Source: Nitrososphaeria archaeon (GTDB taxonomy: Archaea > Thermoproteota > Nitrososphaeria > Conexivisphaerales > UBA164). From it: a stretch of DNA of 33,747 nt. The position numbers were made by a program, and so were the translations under genes. Under the pieces are notes generated by a model. The model saw nothing but the letters and a program-made list of their open reading frames with translations, made no database searches and was not told the origin of the DNA. Position 1 is the first letter of the stretch, and each line of letters begins with the position of its first letter. This document shows, in pieces, positions 26,480 through 33,747 of the stretch. Location of the stretch: NCBI GenBank assembly GCA_029775955.1, contig JARVJW010000087.1:1-33747 (forward strand), read 5' to 3'.

Positions 26480-27215
26480 TGTTAAAGATGATGGTTATAG
26501 ACTGTACAGAGACATGACAAGATCGACAGAGATGTTACTGGGGGCAAGATAAACACCGACAAACTTTGCCACAATAAGCGCTGTTGGCAAGGATGAAGGC
26601 ATGAGGCTGACGCTCTTCCAGTTACCAGGCTCGATATCAAGGAGAACGTTGTAATTGCTTGAGAATTCACCAAGGCCTTCACCTTTCCTCATGGACAGGG
26701 GGGTTCTTCACCATTGAAGGTTGCTGGAGGGGCTTAAGATAAACTTCATAATTCCAGCAGTGAAGAATGGAAGGGTCATAAGGCATACATAGTGAGCTGC
26801 CTGCTGTAATTGATTACCCCATGGAGGTAGGCTTGGTAATAGCAAAGATGAACTGTAAGAATGATGGCAGGCCGGAGGACAGATATATGGCATTTGTTAC
26901 AAATTTTTGATAGCGCTGAACAGATGATAAGTGCAATCCCTGAGGAGTACAGGTGGGGCAAGGATAATGCATGTAAGATGGGTTTGAGGTCATCAAGCAG
27001 GAATTTCGTTGTAAGGGTTGTTTACTTGCAATAATCTGTACAATGCTTGTACCGAGGGAGCAATCACAGACTGTCACTGCATATAAATTCAGGCGCGCCG
27101 TTGGAAGGCTATAAGGGAGGAAACTAGCCCGTGCGGAGGAACTGCCTCTACTGTGAAGGCGGATAAGCAAGTTTGTTCCTATGACGCAAGAAGCTTAAGC
27201 CGTAGGTAATTCACA
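26480..27215 (+). mobile_element. Internally deleted IS5/ISH-like remnant (copy 2) ending about 65 nt from tRNA-Ser
   Basis: Fragments 'SSYQARYQGERC' (the W..YN..L..RG position) and 'PEEYRWGKDNACKMGLRSSSRNF' (the C-terminal 'Y..Rw.vE..Fs.iKr.fg' position) are present. The 3' tail at 27144-27212 is homologous to 948-1019. The DDE core is missing, leaving only about 500 bp of coding remnant. Confidence 0.55.
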
Positions 27216-27281
27216 TTGACAATTCATTTCCTGTCTTATGCCATGGGACTTGTAAAACCTTTTTGTTACTGGCTGCAAAGG

Positions 27282-27366
27282 CGCCGGGGGTGGGATTTGA
27301 ACCCGCAGGGCTGAGACAGCCACAGGCTCTCAAGGCCTGCCCCATACCAAATTAGGGGACCCCGGC
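27282..27366 (-). tRNA. tRNA-Ser (anticodon UGA), class II with long variable arm
   Basis: 85-nt cloverleaf folded by hand. The acceptor stem is GCCGGGG/CCCCGGC and the D-stem is 3 bp with GG in the loop. The anticodon stem is CAGGC/GCCTG with loop CT-TGA-GA. The variable arm is GGCTG-tct-CAGCC. The T-arm is GCGGG-TTCAAAT-CCCAC, which has one C-A mismatch. The discriminator is G and CCA is not encoded. Confidence 0.85.
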
Positions 27367-28730
27367 TACATCCATTCCTTAAGGTTAGCCCTACTTAAAA
27401 GTTCAGCTGCGAACTTGCCTGATTTTTCATATACTTCATTTTCATCTACAGTTAAAACTTTCCCGCTCTTTTTCAGGAACCTGCCATCAACAATCAGGTC
27501 AGTGCAATCCATACCCGTGCCTGCATAGATAAGGTTGGAAACTGGGGCCACAGGGGGGACAAGATGAGGTGCCCTCAGGTTGAAAATTGCAATGTCTGCC
27601 CTTTTCCCCTTTTCAATTGACCCAGTGAGTTGTTCTATCCCCATAGACCACGCGCCGTTTATTGTAGCGATCTTTATCATGTCAAACACGCTAATTGCCT
27701 GAGGATTCAGGCTGTTTACTTTCTGTAGAAGCAAGGCTAACTTCATCTCCCTTACCAGGTCATAGTCGTCATTGCTTGGTGCACCATCTGTGCCTATCGT
27801 AACATTTACGTTCTTCTCCATCATTCTGGTGATTGGAGCTACGCCAGAACCAAGCTTGCTGTTAGATGATGGGTTGTGTGAAACGCTTGTGCCGCTCTGT
27901 GCAAATATTTCCATGTCATCATCGTTCAACCATACTCCATGTACGTAAACGTAGTTTCTACCAACCATCCCCAAATCTTTTAGAAACTTGCCAGGCGATT
28001 TGCCCCTGCTGGCAAAGTACCTGATGTCGTCCCTTACTTCAGCTAGATGCATTGTTACGCCTGACCTATGCTCCCTCACTGTGTCCGCTATTCTCCTGAA
28101 CAGTTCGTCGCTTACGGCACCCGGCGTTCTGGGCGAAAACCATATCCACACCCTGTTGTCCCTACTATGCCACTTCCTGTACATGTGTTCATAAATTTTG
28201 AAGGATGTTTCAACATCTTCAACCAGCCCCTGGTGCAGTATCTGTGGCTTATCAGCGTAGCCAGGTGTATCCATTACCTGCTTGCCTATAGCTGCCCTCA
28301 TACCGCTCTTGTAAACGTTTTCGATCGTCCTATCTGTGTTATATCTGGCATTTATTGAAGTAGCTATAAACGATGACGTTCCGCTGTTTATCATCTCCAG
28401 AAGTGTCAACTTTGTGCTTATGTCCATTATATCCTCGCTCATGCTGCCCTGCAGTGGCCAGACATAATCTTTAAGCCACTCTATAAGTGCTACATTGTCA
28501 GGCACAAGCCCCCTCAGTATCCCCTGTGCCAAATGCACATGGGTGTTTATAAATCCAGGAAACACGATTTTATTTTTTCCATCAATCACAAACTCCGCCT
28601 TTCCCTGGACTCGTTTGCCCACGTCTACTATTTCTCCGTTTTCTATAAGAACAGAACCGTCCTTTATTATTTCATTTTTACTGTTGGCGGTGACCACAGT
28701 GGAATCCTTTATAAGAATCGTGTCGCTCAT
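27366..28730 (-). CDS. Amidohydrolase of the ATZ/TRZ family (MTA/SAH-deaminase MtaD/DadD-like)
   Basis: 454-aa ORF with metal-binding 'FPGFINTHVHLAQGILRG', then 'EWLKDYVWPLQ', 'HLAEV', 'VHGVWL' and 'TIGTDGAPSNDDYDL'. GGAGGT sits 6 nt upstream of the ATG. Confidence 0.8.
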   Translation of the reverse strand: MSDTILIKDSTVVTANSKNEIIKDGSVLIENGEIVDVGKRVQGKAEFVIDGKNKIVFPGFINTHVHLAQGILRGLVPDNVALIEWLKDYVWPLQGSMSEDIMDISTKLTLLEMINSGTSSFIATSINARYNTDRTIENVYKSGMRAAIGKQVMDTPGYADKPQILHQGLVEDVETSFKIYEHMYRKWHSRDNRVWIWFSPRTPGAVSDELFRRIADTVREHRSGVTMHLAEVRDDIRYFASRGKSPGKFLKDLGMVGRNYVYVHGVWLNDDDMEIFAQSGTSVSHNPSSNSKLGSGVAPITRMMEKNVNVTIGTDGAPSNDDYDLVREMKLALLLQKVNSLNPQAISVFDMIKIATINGAWSMGIEQLTGSIEKGKRADIAIFNLRAPHLVPPVAPVSNLIYAGTGMDCTDLIVDGRFLKKSGKVLTVDENEVYEKSGKFAAELLSRANLKEWM

Positions 28731-28829
28731 ACATTTACCTCCTATGCATCATTTAAAATATTATCGTAGCCGTTTTAGACCAAGGGTTAGAAACAGCCAC
28801 GATGATCTTTATAAGGGGCTATAATATAT

Positions 28830-30002
28830 ATGAAGATAAAGGAAATACTGAAGGTGATAAAGCCATGAGCCATCCATGGAAATCCAGGGGGCAATTGTCG
28901 GGTACTATAAGCCACAGGAGGAAGTACCTCACGGACATGCAGAGCGCGATAAGGTATGCTATTGAAGTTGCCTATGAAATGGCTATACATATTGCAATAG
29001 GATGCCTTTGCCAATTGCATTGAGATCAAGCCACGGTTCGTGTCAAACTACGATTATGCGATTCACAACCTCAACCCCGTTTCTGCCGTTGCCTGATAAT
29101 ATAAGAAGAACCATTATGGCGAGCTGAGGATACCTGATGTGAAGAAGCTTGAAATGAGGATTGATAGCTAGATGTTCAAAGTGACAAAGTGAGGGTAACG
29201 CTCCAGCCCGGGCATTACGCTTACGTCCCAATAAACACTGAGAACAAGCACTTCCTGGAATACGGCAAGGGCAAAACTTCAGAGCTCTTGCTGACTGACA
29301 ATTTTGTGTGTGTTAACCATATCGGAAAAGGAAAGGAGCCTAGCTTCGTGGCGCAGGACTTCACGATAGATTCCACGTTTGCTGGGTGATGGCAGGCTGC
29401 GCTGAAAGGAACTTATACACAGAGCATTTCTAACATAGCGCACATACAGAACGACTCAGGGAGGAGAGCCTGCAGAAGCACAATAAAGAGAAGTACAGGA
29501 AACTGCGCCAGGCCAGAGGTAGGCAGAAGAACCGTGTCAATGATGCCCTGCAAAAGCTAACTACGGAGATGGTAAAGGAAAACCCAGGCGCGTCATTTGT
29601 CTTTGAAGACTTGAACGGAATAAGGACTGGTGGAAACAACAAGGGCAGGAAATTCAGGACAAAGTTGAACAGGTGGCCATACAGGCTTGCTTTACCAAAA
29701 GATGATTGAATACAAGTCCTCATTCAAGACCGTTTATGTGAACCCAAGAGGGACCTCCTCGGAGTGTCCTGTCTGTGGTGATAAGCTGAAGCACCCTGCT
29801 TGGGGGATATCGAAATGCGAAACCTGTGGTGTGGACTACGACAGGGATAGGCTGGCCTCACTTGCCATAACCCTGCGTGGCCTGCGGCTACCCGTTTACC
29901 GTGAGTGCGGATGCCTCTTGGCCTTCTTTGAAGGATGAATACCTGTACACCGGTCATGAGCCTAGTAGGCGGAGCGGGCTTGAAGGTCAACGCTCCAAAT
30001 GA
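28830..30002 (+). pseudogene. tnpB: tnpB (IS200/IS605 OrfB) pseudogene, copy b
   Basis: Frameshifted pieces are 'MKIKEILKVIKP', 'AIRYAIEVAYEM', 'KNRVNDALQKLTTEMVKENPGASFVFEDLNGIR' (RuvC-II) and 'MIEYKSSFKTVYVNPRGTSSECPVCGDKL...CETCGVDYDRDRLASLAI' (Zn finger plus RuvC-III, ORF 29687-29938). It is followed by the hairpin ggttata-agaaat-tataacc (30004-30023). Confidence 0.8.
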
Positions 30003-30042
30003 TGGTTATAAGAAATTATAACCTTTTAGAAACGGGAAATAG

Positions 30043-30050
30043 TTTATTAA
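30043..30050 (+). promoter_or_regulatory. TATA-like box 'tttattaa'
   Basis: Lies 23-30 nt upstream of the ubiX ATG at 30073. Confidence 0.35.
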
Positions 30051-30072
30051 TCATCATGCAACTTTCTGGTTT

Positions 30073-30645
30073 ATGAAATACATTCTGGCAATCACCGGCG
30101 CCAGTGGCATAATATATGGTGTAAGGTTAGTAGAGGAACTTGGAAATATGGGACACGATGTTTACTCTATATTTACCAACGGCGCAAGGGCAACCGCTAA
30201 GTATGAGCTAAGTGATGCTATGGAGAGGATTGGCAGGTCGTCAAAGGCAGTTTTTGGCGAAAATGAACTTGATGCGCCAATGGCTAGCGGCTCAGCTAAG
30301 TTTGACGGCATGGTCGTTGCGCCGTGCAGCATGAAGACTCTGGCCTCAATAGCAAATGGTCTTGAGGAAAACCTTGTTTCACGTGCAGGACTTGTCCAGC
30401 TGAAAGAAAGGAAGCCCCTGATACTGTTGCTTAGGGAGACGCCTCTTTCCACACTGCACATAATTAATATGCTGAAGGCTTCTATCGGGGGTGCTATAAT
30501 AGCTCCAGCTTCCCCCGGCTTCTATGGAGCTCCAAAAACCCTGGATGACCTGATTAACTTCCAGGTAGGAAAGGTGCTTGACCTGCTGGGGATACAGCAC
30601 AACCTGTTCAGAAGGTGGTCAGGCCCTGAAGGCAGTGGGAATTGA
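30073..30645 (+). CDS. ubiX: Flavin prenyltransferase UbiX (prenyl-FMN synthase)
   Basis: 190-aa ORF with 'ILAITGASGIIYGVRLVEEL', 'VVAPCSMKTLASIANG' and 'LLLRETPLS', and a typical UbiX/Pad1 length. Confidence 0.9.
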   Translation: MKYILAITGASGIIYGVRLVEELGNMGHDVYSIFTNGARATAKYELSDAMERIGRSSKAVFGENELDAPMASGSAKFDGMVVAPCSMKTLASIANGLEENLVSRAGLVQLKERKPLILLLRETPLSTLHIINMLKASIGGAIIAPASPGFYGAPKTLDDLINFQVGKVLDLLGIQHNLFRRWSGPEGSGN

Positions 30646-31213
30646 CTTAGCCGCTTCCATTCACAGGCCAACAGGAGTTGCCATAGTTGACCACTTACTT
30701 AGGTGCACAGTGTCAACAGAATACAGCGACGACGATATCATTGGTTTTGTTACCTCTAGCCTGCCTGATGTGGTTGTCATAGATGCTCCACTTAGCGTGC
30801 CAAGTGGCAGGTCAAATATAGATGACAAAGCTGGTCCCCATTTCAGAGAATGCGACCTTGAACTCAGGCGCCTAAAAATCAAGTTCTTCCCAGTAACGCT
30901 TGGACCCATGAGACAACTTACAAAGAGGGGTATCTCACTCAAGCTAAGACTGCATGGGCTGGGCTTCGATGTGATAGAATCCTTCCCTGGTGGAATACAA
31001 GACGTCCTGGGGATACCAAGGCACAAGGACATGGCTGGCCTGCTCAAAGGCCTTATAAAAAATGGGTTAAATGGGTGCACTAATATAAACAACGAACATG
31101 AGCTTGACGCCGCCACCATGGGGTATTTGGGTCAGTTGTATCTAGAAAGAAAAGCTGTTGCGCTTGGCGACCCGGATGAGGGGCTCCTCTATCTGCCTAA
31201 AATCCCCGGCTGA
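30578..31213 (+). CDS. DUF429/COG2410-like predicted RNase-H-fold protein
   Basis: 'AVGIDLAAS..PTGVAIV' and 'VVVIDAPLSVP' give an RNase-H-like start with acidic residues, and 'ELDAATMGYLGQLY' is the C-terminal conserved Asp. The true start is more likely GTG 30635, an 11-nt overlap with ubiX, than the ATG at 30578. Confidence 0.55.
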   Translation: MTCWGYSTTCSEGGQALKAVGIDLAASIHRPTGVAIVDHLLRCTVSTEYSDDDIIGFVTSSLPDVVVIDAPLSVPSGRSNIDDKAGPHFRECDLELRRLKIKFFPVTLGPMRQLTKRGISLKLRLHGLGFDVIESFPGGIQDVLGIPRHKDMAGLLKGLIKNGLNGCTNINNEHELDAATMGYLGQLYLERKAVALGDPDEGLLYLPKIPG

Positions 31214-31269
31214 TTATTCAATTCATCTAATTGATCCCCAAAACATTTTATTATGCCAAATGATAGCTA

Positions 31270-32610
31270 ATGCCATTGAACAGAGAGCTTGTAGTTAAGA
31301 ATGGAATCATAATTACGATGAACAAGGAGAGGGAAGTTTTTGAAGGTTCATTGCTTATTGAAAACGGCAAGATAGCCGACATCTACAGAGGCAAATTGGG
31401 CCCGAAGGCTGATATTGAAATCGATGCTAAAGGTGGCATCGTTGCACCAGGATTTATATGCGCTCACACTCATCTATATGGCATTCTCCTGAGGGGGGCA
31501 TCCCTAAATATTGTTCCCCCCACTGACTTCACCCAAAACCTTCAGAGAATATGGTGGCTCATGGATGAGGAAATGAATGAGCATGATGCTTATATAAGTG
31601 CCCTCATGGCCTCACTTGAGCTCTTGAGATCTGGTACAACAACATTTGCCGACACCTTTTCTGGTCCCAACGCGATCAAAGGCGTGCTTGACTACATAAA
31701 CAGAGGTGTCAGTGAAACCGGAATCAGAGGCATACTTTCCTTTGAATCAACTCAGAGGAGAACCCTAGAGGAAGGGTATAAGGGCCTAAATGAGAATGTG
31801 CGCTTTATAAAGGGCTCTGGCAGGGGGATGATAAGCGTACATGCCTCGTTTACCGTAAAGGATGAGCTTCTCAGGGAGGCGGCGGAAACTGCATCTGAGT
31901 TGGATGTCCCGTTCACTATTCATGCATCTGAAGGAAGGTGGGACCTGTACCATAACCTTGAGAGGTATGGCAAGAGGACTTTTGAGAGGCTTAACGACCT
32001 AGGTGTGCTAAATGAAAGGGCTGTGGTCGCACACGCTGTTAATGTGAACGAAGACGAGTTGGAAATAATTCGTAAAACCCACACCAATGTCGTTCACAAC
32101 CCTCTGAGTAACATGCTTAATGCAGTTGGGGTAGCTCCAGTTCCTGAAATGAAGAGGATGGGTATAAACCTGAGTTTGGGTAACGACGGTTACATATTTG
32201 ATACTTTTGAAAATATGAGGGCAGCGTTCCTGATGCACAAACTTAACAAACTCGATCCACGTGTCATGAACTTTATGGATGTGATTGAAATGAGCACAAT
32301 CAATGCAGCAAAGGCCTATGGACTGGACAAAGAACTTGGATCACTTGAGGCAGGCAAGGCTGGCGATGTGGTAGTGATAAGGCCGCAGGTCAGGCCAACG
32401 CCTCTTACGCCCGCGACATCGTACGCCTACCTTATAAATAGTGTTAATGGAAAGGATGTAGACACAGTGATAGTAAATGGTGAAGTCGTTCTTGCAAACG
32501 GGGTCCCGATAAAGTTAGACTTAGAAAGGGCTAACAAAAAGGCGGCTGACATGGTCAATGATTACTGGAGAAGGCTGTCAAAGGCCAAAGAAAGGATCGA
32601 AATGCTCTGA
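31270..32610 (+). CDS. Amidohydrolase of the ATZ/TRZ family (SsnA/chlorohydrolase-like), paralogue of 27366-28730
   Basis: 446-aa ORF with 'APGFICAHTHLYGILLRG', 'HASEG', 'AHAVNV' and 'SLGNDGYIFD'. It has the same fold signatures as the other amidohydrolase but is clearly diverged from it. Confidence 0.8.
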   Translation: MPLNRELVVKNGIIITMNKEREVFEGSLLIENGKIADIYRGKLGPKADIEIDAKGGIVAPGFICAHTHLYGILLRGASLNIVPPTDFTQNLQRIWWLMDEEMNEHDAYISALMASLELLRSGTTTFADTFSGPNAIKGVLDYINRGVSETGIRGILSFESTQRRTLEEGYKGLNENVRFIKGSGRGMISVHASFTVKDELLREAAETASELDVPFTIHASEGRWDLYHNLERYGKRTFERLNDLGVLNERAVVAHAVNVNEDELEIIRKTHTNVVHNPLSNMLNAVGVAPVPEMKRMGINLSLGNDGYIFDTFENMRAAFLMHKLNKLDPRVMNFMDVIEMSTINAAKAYGLDKELGSLEAGKAGDVVVIRPQVRPTPLTPATSYAYLINSVNGKDVDTVIVNGEVVLANGVPIKLDLERANKKAADMVNDYWRRLSKAKERIEML

Positions 32611-32639
32611 TTTAACCTTGCGAGCGAGAAATCCCCTTG

Positions 32640-33540
32640 ATTTAGTAAGGAAATTTCTCACTAATTCACAGTGTTTAAACAGAAAAAAGCTCTAACTGCC
32701 TTCAGTCACGGCGACAAGTTCCTTCCCTCGGTTCACTCCCAAGTTTTACAATGGTCTTTTGGCTAGATAAAGTGCACAGTGTATTTTTCATTGATCTTGA
32801 AAGGCACCTCAAGTTTAAACGGAATGGTAAACATAACTCATACCCACAAAGTGGGTTCAAGGTAATTGAGGAAAGGAAAAAACCAGATTTTCAAAGATTG
32901 AACTTACCAGAGTTAAGTTTCATCGGTACATCGAAGGGACAGTGAAGAGAGTCGTACTAATTCGCGACATCGACAAGTAGTTTGTGGCATTACTTATAGA
33001 AAACACTGGCGAAACCAACCCGGTCGGCATAGATGTCAGCGCCTCTAACATCATGGCGCTCAGTGATGTAACGTTAGTCAAAAATTCACGCATGCTAGCC
33101 CATTCGATAGAGCGCATCAAAAGCCTTCAGAGGCCACTTTCAAGTAAGCAAAAATGCTCAAAGAATAGGGAGAAAGCCTGTATCTGGCTAAAAGCATGGC
33201 TGGAAGTCAGGAAGCAGATGGATGATTTAGCTCATAAGCTCTCTTATAAGCTTAAGGGGAATCAGCTGATAGCTTTTGAAGGCTTACAGGTCAAGAATAA
33301 GGTGAAAAATCACAGCCTAACGCGGACAATAATGGACTCCTGTTTGGGTAAGGGCCGTACTTATAAGACGAATAGGCGTGGTGTACATGTAATACTCGTC
33401 AACCCGTCTGGGATGTCATAGATATGCCCATGGTGTAAAAAACGGTTTCGGAGGAACTCTAGGTTAGGATGCACAAATGCCCATACTGTGGGCTCTTGAT
33501 AGACCAAAACGCCGTAGGCTACAGTTTCAATATATGCTCT
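32640..33540 (+). pseudogene. tnpB: tnpB (IS200/IS605 OrfB) pseudogene, copy c, 5'-truncated
   Basis: Pieces are 'HSQVLQ', 'KFKRNGKHNSYPQSGFKV', 'NPVGIDV' (RuvC-I D), 'IKSLQRPLSSKQKCSKNREKA', 'DDLAHKLSYKL..LIAFEGLQVKNKVKNHSL' (RuvC-II E), 'CPWCKK' and 'DQNAVGYSFNI' (RuvC-III region). They lie in several frames with stops, and the N-terminal 60 aa or so are absent. Confidence 0.75.
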
Positions 33541-33747
33541 GTTGAACAAATATCCCTGAAAGTGCTTATCATTCTCAGATCTCTTCTAGGATTTCTGATC
33601 AGTTCATAGCTTTCACCAACTGCTTTGCCCTCTGGTTTATGTAGTATGCCCAGAACCTCTGGTATCCCTCTGCTTCCAGTCCTGTGGTACATCGGCTTAC
33701 GCAATTCTCCCCAAACTTCACAGCGGAGAATATTCCTTCCGTGCCTG
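33519..33747 (-). pseudogene. Possible 3' end of an IS200-type Y1 transposase (tnpA), running off the window
   Basis: The minus-strand frame is open to the window edge and reads '..VWGELRKPMYHRTGSRGIPEVLGILHKPEGK..'. This resembles the TnpA C-terminus as I recall it from Sulfolobus ('[33 protein letters not shown]'). The match is degenerate and the frame runs about 34 aa past the usual end. Confidence 0.3.

Noticed and set aside
26482-27170. A cluster of 61-118-aa minus-strand ORFs.
   Set aside because: They overlap one another within the IS5-like remnant, whose recognisable homology is on the + strand, and have no family signatures.
28787-29990. ORFs 28787-29029(-), 29043-29231(-), 29430-29723(-) and 29724-29990(-).
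   Set aside because: They are antisense to the frameshifted tnpB copy b and have Arg/Pro/Ser-rich shadow-frame composition.
1-33747. CRISPR arrays, rRNA genes, inteins, additional tRNAs.
   Set aside because: Reading both strands, I found no regularly spaced direct repeats of 24-40 nt, no rRNA-like segments and no abnormal protein lengths or HNH/splicing motifs. Only one cloverleaf could be folded.

Overview
About 34 kb of archaeal chromosome. The lineage looks Thermoplasmata-like, which I infer from gene content: AMP phosphorylase, a PolD-DP2-like protein, a Trm5/Taw2 methyltransferase, a UPF0201 protein and a bacterial-type grpE-dnaK-dnaJ operon. Intact genes are ileS, a type-III P-type H+-ATPase, grpE-dnaK-dnaJ, UPF0201, aconitase plus a tightly coupled isocitrate/isopropylmalate-type dehydrogenase, a stand-alone Lrp/AsnC RAM-domain protein, malate dehydrogenase, AMP phosphorylase, a Trm5/Taw2-like methyltransferase, an orphan radical-SAM/SPASM enzyme, an AT-rich membrane ORFan, tRNA-Ser(UGA), two ATZ/TRZ amidohydrolase paralogues, ubiX and a DUF429-like RNase-H-fold protein. 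Between them lies a lot of decayed mobile DNA. There are at least three clear and one or two faint dead IS200/IS605 tnpB genes, three degraded DDE (IS5/ISH-like) transposase remnants and one rve-integrase remnant. There is also a 138-bp MITE-like insert with perfect 13-bp terminal inverted repeats and an 8-bp target duplication. The most unusual feature is the intact 715-aa ORF at 18286-20433 (-). It looks like a miniaturised paralogue of the PolD large subunit (DP2). It keeps the Zn-ribbons and a C-terminal PIP-box-like tail, but lacks the N-terminal third and apparently the catalytic acidic motif. I found no CRISPR array and no rRNA. All calls come from reading the sequence and remembering protein families, with no searches run. 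Pseudogene boundaries are approximate (+/- 30 bp).
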